DNA of 63,213 nucleotides, filler included. It is 4 parts of 4 records of this genome, joined end to end, with 100 filler letters (N's around TTAATTAATTAA, not from the genome) between each part and the next. Parts side by side here need not be neighbours in the genome. Positions count along the whole stretch, not along the records: positions 31,731 to 42,962 come from SRR2962707_4368; positions 43,063 to 63,213 come from SRR2962707_4369; 2 more parts are not named here. One strand, written 5' to 3'. The notes below the pieces were generated by a model. The model saw only the letters and a program-made list of their open reading frames with translations, was not told where the DNA came from and ran no database searches. Made by a program: the position numbers and the translations under genes. Positions 31,940 through 44,133 of this stretch are shown piece by piece (positions within the stretch are counted from its first letter, which is position 1; every line of letters begins with the position of its first letter).

Positions 31940-34900
31940 ATGGGCGACTACGGAGACAACAATGACATTGAAAACGACTTCGCAGACCTGCTAGGCAGTG
32001 AAAATGGAGATAAAGGAGGTGTGGATTCGAAAGTTCAGCAGCAGCAACAACAACAACGAGAGTCCAGCTCTGAATCCGAGGCAAAAAAGTCTCCGTCGTC
32101 GTCGACAAGGGGCCGGCGAGTGAGGACTCGCAGAGCCAGGTCTTCCAAAGGAGAGACAAAGGAAAGCAGCGGACTGCAACTACCCTTGCGGGCTCAAGCC
32201 TCTGATTCCACTAGCACCGCCACAACTACCCCTGTGCGCACGGCTCTGGTAGATGATGACGACGATCTGGATAGTGACGAAGGGGAGGAGGGGGAAGACG
32301 AGGAGGAGATGCAGCTGAGGGACGCAGTAGCAACTTTGGTGGAACTTCAGGAGGCTGTAGAGCAGCAGCGGCGCCGCAACGGTGAGCTGGAAGCCAAGCT
32401 GCGCGAGATGGGAGGTGGCGATGACAAGCACATTCTGGAGAAGATCCTTGCTGCAGAGCAGCTCAAGAAAGGGTTGGCAGCGGACCTCGACAAGCTGCAG
32501 CAGACAGTGGCGCATCTCAATCAAGAGTCGGAAAAAGCCAGTGCCGCACTACTCAGGCATGTTGCTGTTGGTAGCGGTGGTGTTGGTGGCGGGTGGCGAC
32601 GCACTCTGTGTGCCCTTCGTTGCCACGGTCCATTCAGTCCACCATTGTCCTTCTTCACTGTGTAGCTCAATGTGTGCTTGCTTGACTGTTTTGCTGCTCT
32701 CTGCTGCTGCTGCTGCTGCAGTGAGGAGGGTATGACGGTGGAATTCAAGCGAAATATTGAGAAATGGATCACAGACCTCAAAGACGAGGTGGCATCCTTG
32801 AAAGAGCAAGAACAAAAGTATGCCACGTGTATGGACGAACTCGTCGAGGAGGGGATGGCAAAGGCGCGGGCAAAGGCTGACGCTGATCGAGCTAAGTGCG
32901 TGTCGGGTGCCTCCGTGCTTGCCGCTGAAGCCACCTCTACTCTAGCATTTGTCGCTCGATTGTCTATTTTCTTGCACGCCTTTGAATCCACCCAAGATAT
33001 GGCGTGTGCAACTTTGTCTGACTGAGGCACTTCGTTTCACCACCGCAGGTACGAAGCCCAGCTCGAAGCAGCGGAAGGTAAAACCCGGGAGCTTCGCGAA
33101 AAGTATGAGTATGAAAGTGACGTGGTGGAAAACTTTGATCAGAAAGAGGCTGATCTGGCACGAAGCATTGAAAGCCACGTGGCTGAGACGCAACGAGCCC
33201 AAGACGAAATAAAGCAGCTAAAAAAAGACGTGATGAAGCATCGCAAACGTGGCAAGGATCTCGCGAACGAGCTGGGTCGCCTGCAAGGAGAAACGAGGTC
33301 CGCGTCACGCCTGTGGGTTCGGGTGTGCATGAAGTTGGGTTGGTGCGCACGACGGTTTGCGCGTGCCTAAGCACGATTGTGTCGCATCTGCCGTGCCGTG
33401 ACTGTTATTGTGCAGCAACACCGAGCTGGAGGCCTCTCATGAGCGACGGACGGCTGAGACCAAACTGGCAGAGGCAGAAGCGGACGCGCTTGGGCGGCAA
33501 GAAGCGCTGGAACAAGAGGTTGTTTCACAGCACGAGCTCGTTGCAGTGCTACGCGATGAGCTTGAGGCCGCGCAACAGCAGAACGCAGGTTTTCAGGCGC
33601 AGAAACAAAGACTCAATGCAGAGAATGCGGCTGTGGAAGAGACGGAAACTCGGTTGGCGGCCCTGCTTGTAGAAGTCGCCGCGGCCAGCCGTGAGACTGC
33701 TGAGACACAATCTCAGTTGAGCGAGGCACGCAAGTCGCAGCAGGCTGCCGAAGAGCACGAAGAACAGGCGGCTGCGCGTCGCAAAGCTTTGGAAGAAGAA
33801 CTCGTGGCTGCTGCGACAGAGGACGCCGCCATGGCTGCCAAACTGCAAGCCGAGCACCGGTCCGTGCTTGGGTTGCGTTTTCGAGTTGAGACACAGGACT
33901 GGCCTCTGGGTTTCTGCGCAACTGAGGCCAGTTTGGAGTGAGTGCCAGATGTGACTTTTACTTTCGTTCTGTTTGCCTGCAGCGTTTTAGGAAACGCAGA
34001 ATCTGCCCTTGCGACCGCTCGTGAACGGCTCCGTGATCAAGAAACAGCTGCTGCTGAAGCAGCCAGCCAAGAGGCAACCGAGCAGGAGAGGAAGTTGGTG
34101 GAATTGAAGGCTGCCCATGAACAAGATGTGGCTTCACTTGAGGCTGGGGCAAGCGGGCAATTGAAAAAGCTGCAGGCAGAGGAAGAGGCCGACCGCGAAG
34201 CGCACGAAGCACGCCTGGCCGCGGCACTCAAGAGTATGGCATCGCAACATGCAGAAGAGATGGCAGAGCAACTTCGGAAAAAGGAGGCACATCAATCAGC
34301 AATTGCGGATGCCAAAGCAAGACTCTTGGCGGTTTGTGCATCGTTTGCGTGCCTGCCCAGAAACCCGTTTGCTGCGCCGCAGCGGCTTGCTCGGCGTCGC
34401 ATTTTGCGTTGATGTTCGAGCACATGTGCGGGTTGAAACAGGCACACACGGAGAGGCAAGAAAATCTCGATAAACTGCAGTCCGACGCAAAAGATCTTGA
34501 GGCAAGCATTGCAACCGAAGAGCAGCTCGCCCATGACCTTGAGCACTCTGCTCATCAGGAAGCTGCGGCAGCCGAAACTGAACTCAAAATTTATCAAGAA
34601 AAACTTGAGCATGACCGGCTGCAATTCGAAGAGCAGGTCAGAGCCAGCACAAACATGTTCCACAGGCTGCTACCGGCTTAAACCTACTTGCTGACGTTTG
34701 CTCTCATGTGATCTTCCATGGAAACATTTGCGATTTGACTTTTTTAGGCCATCGAAGTCACGAACTTGGAAGCAAAACTAGCTGATCAGCAAAAGCAACG
34801 AGAAGAAGCCGAAAGTCAGCACACCCATCGGATGAGTGGTCTGGAGCAAGAGCGCGACAGCATCATGAGACGACTTGACGAGGCGCGGCAGCAGCACTCG

Positions 34901-37714
34901 GTTGCAGAGGGCGAGCTTACAGAACTAAATTCGTCGCGTGAGCAACTCGAGGTTCGATTACTCTTGCTTAAGTGCACATAGTCAGCGTCCCCACGCACAC
35001 GCAAAATGGAATGTGGAACTTCGTTACATTGGCTCATCGTCTTTGCCCGTCTTCCTGTGGTGTTGTTGTTCGCCGATTCCGTATCAATAATCCCTGCGAA
35101 TCCCTGCGAACAGGTGCGCCTTGCAGAATTGGAAGCTGAAAGAAAACTTGCTCGATCCGAGTTCCAGCAGCGCTCCAAAGCTGCCCAGCAACAGCATGCA
35201 GAGTCACAATCGAAAATGGAAGAAAAATTTCGCAAAGAGCTTGAGGAGTTGCAGAAAGCAGCTGCCGCCACTACTGACGGCACTGCTGAGCAACTTCTGT
35301 CTCTGCGCGAGCAACACAATAATTTGGTTACCGCATCCCAAAATGCACACGAGGAGAGACTTGGGAAACTACAAGCGGAAGCAGAAGCAGCCCGGCAACA
35401 AGCGCGAAGTGTTCTAAGCGAGTTGGAGAGCACAGAGGCAGAGGTTGCAAGTGTGCAGCAGCGCACGGAAGCGCTGAAAGTCGCGACCATAGCTGCTCGT
35501 GAAGCAGCCGGAAAAGTGCGCTCTGACATCACAAAGCACACCTTGGGGGCTGATGGGCCACATGTACAGATGTTACTACGTCTGTTAGAGACAGCTGCTA
35601 AGGATGTCGTCTTGATGGAGGAGGTTGGCAAAAAATCCAATTCTGGGCAACATGGTGCAGGTACCGACATCGACCAAAAGCTGGACGATACAACCTCAAT
35701 AGTGCATTTAGACGAGCAACTTGCCGTTTCGCGTCGGGTCTACGAGGATGTTCTGAAGGAACAAGAATCCGATGCAGCCCATTATGCGGCTCGCCGTCAG
35801 CGCCTGCTGGCCATCCGTGAGGCAACACGGGCCGCAAACCGAGCTCGCATGAAAGCTGACAAGGAAGAAGACCTCCGGCGCCAGGTGCGTGGGCGTGCCG
35901 TTTTTGTATCCATTCATTTGTAAATACTGCAAAAGTGATTTGGTATCTCACGGTGTGAACTGCCGAAAACTATCAAAGGAGTCCAGGAAAAAATCGGTTG
36001 CTGCTGCTCAGAAGAGCAACGAGGCGGCTAATGGCAGCGCAAAATCGAAGGTACGGGGGGCAGTGCCTGGTTTTATTGATTCCTTTCAGCGTCAGACATG
36101 TGTCTGTCACTGATACGAGTGTGGAGACCTGATTGTTTGCTTGTAAACGTGTGCGCTTTGTGCTATTCTGCCTGCTGCCTATCCGCTGGCCGAACATGAA
36201 GGGTATGGCTTCACGGGGGACTCCGGTCGCAGACAGCAAGGGAAGTCGGAACAGGGGACCTGCCAACAACACGGCGGACAAACAAGGCAAACCCAGCAAC
36301 TCGGCCCGTGAGGTACAATCAAGCGAACATGCGGCCGGGAAGTCGGCACCAAAGCAAGGACAGAAGCGAGGTATCTCAAAACTGAACGACAAGAACAAGG
36401 CAAAATTCATTGCCGATGTGAAAAAAATCCGAGCTGTGGCAGCGAGGCTCCTTCGTCCTGCTGAACGAATTGACTGCACCGAAAAAGCCGACGACGAAGG
36501 GCCGTCAGGTGTACTCATGGGACTGCATGACAAAGATTCGACTGAGCTCATTGATGCGGTAGAGGATGCCGACACTGAAGCTATTTACAACCTTGTGCTC
36601 AAAGGCTGCCCCGTGAACGGCTACGATGAGGACGGGTGCGAAAAGTTCCTGATATGCTCCACTTCAACGCCATTGCGGAAGCCGGAACCTGACCGTTGTT
36701 GCTCTTGATCTCCGCCGATAGGTATTCGCCACTCATAATGGCAGCGTGCTGCGGCCATGTTGGCATTGCGCACTTGTTGCTGGAAATGGGGGCACGCGTC
36801 AACATGGCAGGCATTAACCGAGCAACCCCACTGCACGTGGCAGTCCAGGTCAGACCCGGGGCAATATCTTGTGCTTGCACCAATGTGGTCTGCATTTTGA
36901 GGTTTTGGCGATCTGTCCGACATCCTTTATTCACTTGTTTTTTTTTGTTTTTGCGGCCATGTCACAGGCTAATTTTCCAGAAATAGCCGACCTTGTTCTT
37001 GACTGCCGGCCGAACCTATTCAAGACTATGGAGGGAGGCGGCTGTCCATTGTATATTGCAGCGCAAGAAGGTCATCGCTGGGCCATTCAAGACTTGTTGG
37101 AAAGCAAAGCAGATCCAAACCAGCGAAACGATGCAGGGCAAACGCCTCTGCACGCTGCAGTGCAAAATGGCCACGTTCGCGTCGTCAAAGCACTTCTTGA
37201 CGGAAAAGCAAACCCTAGCTGCGCAGACCGTCAAGGCACTACGCCGCTGGTGTGTGCAGTACATCAGCACGGGGAAGCCAGCAGCGTTCGCCCAGGAAGT
37301 GCCGGCGGTCCGACGCCGGAGGAACAGGGCTCCGGTAGTTCCTTAGTACACATGTTGTTGGAGAATGGTGCAGACCTGGACGTCGGGCCTGTGGTCGGCA
37401 ATATCCAGGCTGCCAGGTCCACAGGACAGGACCGGTTCTTGTCTCCGCTCCTTGTCGCTGCTGCCGAAGGAAAGGCTGATATTGCCACGCAGCTTCTTGA
37501 GGCCGGTGCGGATCCTAACGCATCAGTGCTTGGCATAACTCCGTTGCTACTCGCTTGTCATCCGCCAGCATCCGGTCAACCGGCTGAAACACAGCAAGCT
37601 GTAATGGCTGCGCTGCTTGCAGAAGGAAGCACAAAGCGCGCCAAAGCGTGGAGTGCTGCATGTGTGTATTTCACCCTCCATGGACAGGAGGATGAACGGC
37701 TGGAGGGGCTATGA
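31940..37714 (+). CDS. Eukaryotic spliced gene: long coiled-coil protein with C-terminal ankyrin repeats (~1460 aa, 11 predicted introns)
   Basis: Frame-consistent exons: 31940-32556, 32722-32895, 33049-33297, 33416-33859, 33983-34331, 34442-34636, 34748-34951, 35114-35884, 35979-36050, 36202-36635, 36722-36848, 36968-37714. Introns are 86-165 nt with GT (one GC) donors and AG acceptors. E/Q/A/K-rich heptads, then ankyrin motifs (GYSPLIMAA, TPLHVAV, PLYIAAQEG, GQTPLHAAVQNGH). First and last exon ends are less certain. Confidence 0.75.
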
Positions 37715-37802
37715 GAAAATCCAGGCTGAGGCCAATAAATTATTTATTTGAAACTTGAAGCACACGCACTTCTCACTGCATTGAAACATCTCGTGCCTTT
37801 TG

Positions 37803-40800
37803 TCACAAGTGCTGCGGGTCTCGGGCGACCGACAGGTGCAGGGTCCCAATGCACTTTGCACAAAAAACAAACGAAAGTTTCGTGTTCCCGACCCCAATAT
37901 CGCTCCCGGCTGGTGGTACCCACCTGTCCAGCACATTCACCCCAACAATTTTCGCATTGACGACAGCCAGGCCACTACTCTTCGAAACAAAAGAGCCAGC
38001 ATCAAAAACTACAGATGCACTGCTGTTCAAGTTGCGCAGTGTCACTCGAAATACTGCAAAGCTGCTGTCACCAAAGGAGACTGGCGCTTCAACAATGTCA
38101 ATGTTGAGTAACTCAAGAGCCTGTCCTGACATCGTTGATGAAAAAATATCCGAGGGCATAGGAGCTTCCAAGAAATTGGGTTCCCGCTCGGTATCAGCCC
38201 TGCGGTGGAGTTGAAACATTCGAAGTGGATTTGAAGCAGCCGCAGCAATCCCCAGCAAGGAAGTCTCGTGATGTTCACGGCACATCGTATGCTGCATACT
38301 TTTCGTCGACGAAACACATTGCGTTGTTTTCGCAAAAATCCGACTCCCAACTAAAGTGTGTCTCGCATCAGCGAGACCCTCACGAACACCCTTTTGATCA
38401 ATTTGGGCTGACTGTCGAGCAACCCGAAGCTCGATTGAGTCGTCAAACCATGAGACCCCCGCTGCGTGCAGCGGCGACACAACTCCAACATGCCCATGCG
38501 CAGCCTTGTCCAGGGAATCCAATGTTTTCGGGCCCATTACGGCAGCGGAAGCTGCGTCGTTCAACGGGAAAGAATTGCTTTCAACGTTTTTTGAAGGGTC
38601 CAGTGCCTACGCGTGTATTTGAAGGTCAATGGCCAACGAAGTTTTCAGCGGAGCAGAAGAGCATATTAGTCAATTGTCGTCAAAACAAATTCACTACTGA
38701 CCACGGACGAGAACACATGCCCATCGCTTAGCCTCGGCGAGCCGAGCCGAAATTTTGATGCAAATCCTGTTTGAACATTGCTCCAAGAAAATCGGAGTGC
38801 AAGGTCAACGCCGTCGTCGACGTCCAAAACATCCGTCACAATTTCCTTTCACATTCAAAAAAAAAGCAAAACGAATGACGAGCACGAGGGGTAGGCACCC
38901 TTGCAGTCCAACAGCGAACTAATTAGTACAGCTGACTCACCACAACGCCAGCACCTTGCCAGGCGTGGTCGCCATCAATGTTATAAATTCGAGCCCTTGA
39001 AACCATTTGACTGCCCGGACTTTCCAAACCGGCACCCGCAGATATTCCATGAGTCTTAGTGTAAGACACCAAGGTACCGCGAACCCAGGTTGAGTACGGT
39101 TCTGGAAAAGTCGAAGCTGTGAATGACATCGGAATCGCCTGCAGCTCCGGGTGGCAGTGAAGCCTCAACAAAATACCGCCCACGCAACCACCGAGAAAAG
39201 CTAGAAGTGTGCACACCACAAACACCATGTACCCACCCCATCGCAAGCAACACACACAAAATAGCCGCACAACTGATGGTGGCAACTCGCTCGGAGGGTG
39301 TTCCCTGTCCATTCCCTTCACAATTCGCAACAAAATCAAGCCGAGCGGCAGCCAGCAAACTACGCCAAACATAGCCAATGCAGCATCCACTGATTCGCAA
39401 TGCTACATTCGTGCACAAATCGCAAAACGCAGAAAAGTTAGCGTGCGTCGCGACACGGTCGCTATCACCGACATTTCTTGCTTCCAAAACAGAGCCGTAA
39501 AATCGACTTACGGGTCCAGAGCAAAAGTCTCCAGGAAAAAACGACCATCCAGCAAACAGTTTATGAAGTAACATGCGACTCAGCAGCTGCGGTGCCTCCA
39601 AAGTCGCGACGAGCATGTATCCTCCCACGACGCCACCAGCAAGGCTGGCCAGTGTAGTTGACCGAACAAACGCAACGCGAGCCCTTACTTTCGCTTCAGC
39701 TGAAGGCAGATGGAGCCGACCTTCGTCCTCTGTAAAAATGCCGTCGTCATCTGCTGCTGAGCCAGCGCCGTCGTCATCAGAATCGCAATAGTTTTCCGTA
39801 ACATTGTCAGTAATGCCGGTCAAACCAGGCAACAGTGCATACCGCTGGTTCGCTTTGGGACTCGTGGCGGCACATGCCAATCGCACAGCGCTAGCAGCAC
39901 AAAATGCACTCAGCATCGCCCAACCAGCAACCAGCAGCTCGGTCCGCACCAGACAATATTTGCCAAGCACTATCGCAGCAAGCGCGCTAAACAGCTCGAG
40001 ACTAAGAAATCGTGCGGAGGGCATGCCAAAGCAGCTGAGCGCAGTATGGAGAAGCCAGCCGTATGTGGGGGGGACCTGCACGCGAGGGCTCGCGCCGGAG
40101 GCAATTGGGCAGCCAAAAGGGCGGACCAATGCACCCACAGATTCAAGTACAAGAGCACCCGCTACGCCAGCCAAGCCACCCACAGAAAAAACAAACAGAA
40201 TGCGCATGGTTGGCCACTGCAGTGTTCGAAAGGTGTACAGGCCAGACCCCGTCCATGTCGAGTGCCCAGACAAGTACTCCAGAGCAGAATGTCTCAAAAC
40301 ATACGACAAATCTGGTGGTGGAACAAGCGCAGCTGGCACTTCCCATGCCCACGGAGTCTGCATGCTTTTGGCGTTTTGCGCAGTTCGGTCAGCGGCGCGC
40401 TGTTTGGGTGCATCGTGAAGCCGAGCATGCGGTGTCATCGCAGCTGCCGTGACGGTAATCTTGAATGAGCGAAACGACAACCCAACACTCCTATTCACTT
40501 TCATGCAGACTTCTCGGTCCACGTGATCGGCGGTTCGTCTAGACGATGAATCAGCAAGGAGCTGCGATTCCACGGGCACCTCGGATGGTAGTTCCACAAT
40601 TGATACACTTGTGGGAACAAGGCAGCCTTGCATCGGCGTTGGGTCCTCGAAATCCACCCTTGGCAATTCACGAGGTGCACCGGTGTTGGTATCCTTGGCG
40701 GAAGCATTCGCGGCGAACGGCGCCGCGTCTGTGACACAATCTGGCGCGTAGGCAGCGATTGCGTCATCATCAAACTCCAAGTTGAAGCAAAATATTTCTG

Positions 40801-42962
40801 TGCGCGTCATGATTGTGGGGTTGAAAAGTGAAAACACAGAAAAAAAAGCATTTGGCACAGGCCTGAGCTTGCTTTTAGAAGATAAGCGCTGAAGGTCAGC
40901 TGCAAGCTGCGGTTTTGAGCGACTGCCGTGTTGCGGCGACCGCAAGGGGGCGGAGAGAACAAGTGCGCGGGTCTTCCGCTGGTCATCGCCTGAGATTGTG
41001 CTTTCCGACACTTTACGACGCTGCTCCCACGCAGCCTCTTGTTGTGCAACCCACGCGGGCGGGCCATATAGCGGCTCCTGTGGTAACACACCTCGCCACT
41101 GATCTGAAGCAAGTGTTGCGCTACTTGTGGCAGAAATATTGTTCACAGCACTTACTGCGCATGCCTGCAGCACTCGTCGCGCGCCTTGAACCAAGCGCAA
41201 GTAGTCCTCTGCCACAGCAGCTGTGCAGGTGCCTGTGACGGCATCGTGGTGGGAGAGGGTTGCCAGCACGCGCACAGCAGGTCGAAGAGCAGCCCGATCG
41301 CACAATGGGGCAACGGGTTGAGGTGCCGTCCCGGCCCTGGCCTTGGCGTTGGCCATTGCGTTCATGGTGGCCACAGCCGTCAAGGTAGCTGCGGCGTCAA
41401 AGTCACTTTGCGCCAGACGCCTTTGCTGCTTCAGACGTGGACGGGTGGCAAGGAAGCCGGTCCACGCGTTCATCGAGTTTTGCAAGTACGGCATGAAGCT
41501 TCCCGTGTACTTGGTGAAGCTGCGAGAGGCATCCTCCAAGCGACGACTGCGTGATTGAGAACGCAGGGCCTTGCTCGACGAGGTGCTCAAACGTCCACGC
41601 GTTTGATTGCCGAACAACGGTCGCGGCGTCGTCGATTCATTGTTGAAAAGTTGATGCGACGAACCACCCTTTCCACCTCCGGCCGGCACGCTTGCGATAA
41701 ACGACCCCATCGATGGAAAATCCTCCAGGGCAATTTCCCTCGAGCCCGAGTAACGGCCCACTTGTGCAATGCTGTGACTGGTGTTGTGCCGACGACCAAC
41801 ACTCGCCTTTCGACGCCGCGTGGAGGTCCCATCCGCTCGGTCCTGAAGCCCACGGTGCTGCGCTTCGTGCTGCCTCACACTCTGAAAGTACCACTGCGGT
41901 GTGCTATATCCAGCACAAATGTCGCTGAAGTCGGTTGACCCGGTCTCTGAACCCGTCGAATTGGCGATCGTCGCCAACACCAGGTCAAGCCGGTCGAACA
42001 GCCGCCGGGCTGCGAGCGGCTCCTGCAGCACAACATCATCGCCGAACAGCACCAAAACATGCCCTCCACTGTGTCGGAAAGGGCCTTGCGCTTGTTTGCG
42101 AGCTAGCGACGCCAGAGAATTTGCCCATTTCGTCAGGGTGTTGCTTCCCATGCGTGGCAGCGGCAACGATGTGCTGGCGTGGATGTCGTGAAGCTCCGAG
42201 GGCGTCGCGTAGTGTTTGGGCAAAATGTGGGCAAGCAAGGCTGGGTGCGGTTCTTTGTTTCCAGTGGACGACGAGGCCAAAGAATCACGAGTCAAGCTTG
42301 CGCGTTCTCCGCCCCACCAAAAGTCGAGGCTTGCTGTTGCTGCCCGACGGTCTTTTTCGTGCTGATCAATGCGGTTCAGCACCGCGCTGTGATAGCCCAG
42401 CTCTTCCAATACCCGGGCCGTCAAGCTAGAATGCCCAAAGCTGTCAATTTGCCAGGCCGTTCGGACCGGCAGCAACGCCTCGCCCGCGCGTGGCGCAGAA
42501 GAGGGCGGCAACCGGGTGCCGTGGGGACGCAAGCTCTGCACGCGAGACAAACGGTCAAGACGTGCTTGCATTTCGGGGAAAAATGTATTCACAGCAGACT
42601 CGTTCCGGGAATCCCATTGCTCCTCCAGGCCCAAGTACTCGCCAGGCTGGGGGGCTTTCGTACTCTGTCCTAGTTCTGCAGTAGGTTCGCCGCCGCCCAT
42701 TTCACTTTGCCCAGCAATGCGCTTGTTTTCTTCGCGGTTCGGTACCACGCCACTCTGCGCGGACAAGGCCAGCAGCAACTCCTCTTGGCCAAGGTTCATT
42801 TGCAAAAGGCTCTCCCGTAGAGTAGTTGCTGCTTCGTCTTCCTGCACCCAGCCTCCGCTGACTAGCGCAAGATGACCAGCCCTCAGCGCCTGCACCGCAA
42901 CATCGCGCCAAGACGTGTTGTGCGCAACACCGCCGCCACCACCACCGCCACCACCAACAACA
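37803..42962 (-). CDS. Eukaryotic spliced GH38 (class II) alpha-mannosidase with multi-TM insertion (5' truncated)
   Basis: GGWVQEDEA, nucleophile motif WQIDSFGHS, acid/base FGDD, WTGFLATRPRLK, Zn-binding HHDAVTGT, FNP, SGLYTFR, C-terminal IELRVARQ...DQKGVREGL.D. Exons 42962-39512, 39402-38941, 38845-38702, 38606-37803; introns have GTAAGT/GTGAGT/GTCAGT donors and are all phase 0. Confidence 0.8.
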
Positions 42963-43062
42963 NNNNNNNNNNNNNNNNNNNNNNNNNNNNNNNNNNNNNN
43001 NNNNNNTTAATTAATTAANNNNNNNNNNNNNNNNNNNNNNNNNNNNNNNNNNNNNNNNNNNN
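42963..43062. other. Artificial contig spacer (N44-TTAATTAATTAA-N44)
   Basis: Same 100-bp linker. Confidence 0.98.
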
Positions 43063-43258
43063 GAGACTGGCGGACTAGTGCACCGTAAGTCAGGATCATC
43101 CTTTTATTTTTTTGCTTTGTTCGTGCGCGCATGTCGACTTTTCGAGCTGAGGTGACGGAAATTGAAAATGATGGCTATGAAAGATACCGGTAAACTAATT
43201 TTTAGCACAAGTGGACGTGAAGTTGCGCACCGGTTCGTCGACCGTTGTCTGCGCGACC

Positions 43259-44020
43259 TTAATCAGAGTCCATGAATTGGTGCAAATGTGCAGACAGCGC
43301 TGGCGTCAACGCTGGAACAGCATGCCCGCACTCGACTTTCATGTGCTGGATCCTGGCGAGTGGGCATCTCGATCGTAGCGCGTCACTCAGCTGCGAGATG
43401 GCAAGTTCGTCGCGACCATTCGTGCCGAGCGTGTCGTCACGTGTACCCAACAACAGAAGTACTTTGGGACTCGCAGTTGTGTCTATCACATGCGACGGTG
43501 CAAGATCGCTGGCGTCTGGCGGACAAATCATGATGACTTTAGTGGGACGTTTCACCTGCCCAAAGCAGGAGCTCGGCGCAATGGCCAGGAGAAACGCGGC
43601 CAAAGCGCCTTCGGATATCCCAGCAACTGCATCACACGCCCTGTGATGCGAACCAAGTGTTTTGACAAGATGGCTCAGCGAAACATCCCACCAACCGTCA
43701 CCGACATTCGGCGTCAACTTCCTCAGTAAACCCGGGCTTGCTGACCATGCGAAGTGTTTGGCTGAAGGGTCGTATGGCAGTCCCGGGCCAACTAGGCTGG
43801 AATATGCCTCTAGCATGGGCGGGACCTCGTGAGGCGCGGAGACGGTCACAATGCGCATGAAATCCGATTTTGTCCAGCCCATAAGACGTAGAATGGACTG
43901 CATCGTGTGCTCATCTCCAGACATACCATGAAGAAACAAAAGCGTGCGGCAGTCACGGATATCATCACCTGGGGCCCCGTTTTCGATGGCGAAGGCGGCA
44001 TCCTTGGTACCACCACGATC
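43259..44020 (-). CDS. FSH1/LovG-type serine hydrolase domain, predicted last exon (thioesterase) of the PKS-NRPS
   Basis: LFLHG, SAPH, nucleophile elbow GISEG, LGTRDD, ECGHAVP (Ser-Asp-His triad); preceded by branch point CACTAAC and acceptor TGTCAG. Confidence 0.75.
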   Translation of the reverse strand, partial: DRGGTKDAAFAIENGAPGDDIRDCRTLLFLHGMSGDEHTMQSILRLMGWTKSDFMRIVTVSAPHEVPPMLEAYSSLVGPGLPYDPSAKHFAWSASPGLLRKLTPNVGDGWWDVSLSHLVKTLGSHHRACDAVAGISEGALAAFLLAIAPSSCFGQVKRPTKVIMICPPDASDLAPSHVIDTTASPKVLLLLGTRDDTLGTNGRDELAISQLSDALRSRCPLARIQHMKVECGHAVPALTPALSAHLHQFMDSD

Positions 44021-44133
44021 CTGACAGCAAGGTGATTTCGTTAGTGCTACAGAAAGGACGAGGAAGCAACAAGCGAGCGAAACGGACCACATCGCTAGCA
44101 AACAATGCTACTTAGGCTGCTCAAATTACGTAC
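44021..44133 (-). other. Predicted 113-nt phase-0 spliceosomal intron joining PKS-NRPS to hydrolase
   Basis: Donor ACA|GTACGT at 44133, pyrimidine-rich body, branch CACTAAC at 44046-44040, acceptor TGTCAG|GAT at 44021; splicing removes the TAG at 44097 and joins both frames. Confidence 0.75.

Noticed and set aside
39056-39511. C-terminal part of the 1279-aa ORF as the true end of the mannosidase
   Set aside because: It reads through an intron (GTAAGT at 39511 to TAG at 39403); the coding sequence continues in another frame to 37803.
44021-44101. Apparent signal peptide (MWSVSLACCFLVLSVAL) and operon-like coupling of the hydrolase ORF to the PKS stop
   Set aside because: The hydrophobic stretch coincides with the pyrimidine tract and branch point of a well-formed intron; an in-frame fusion is the simpler reading, though not proven.
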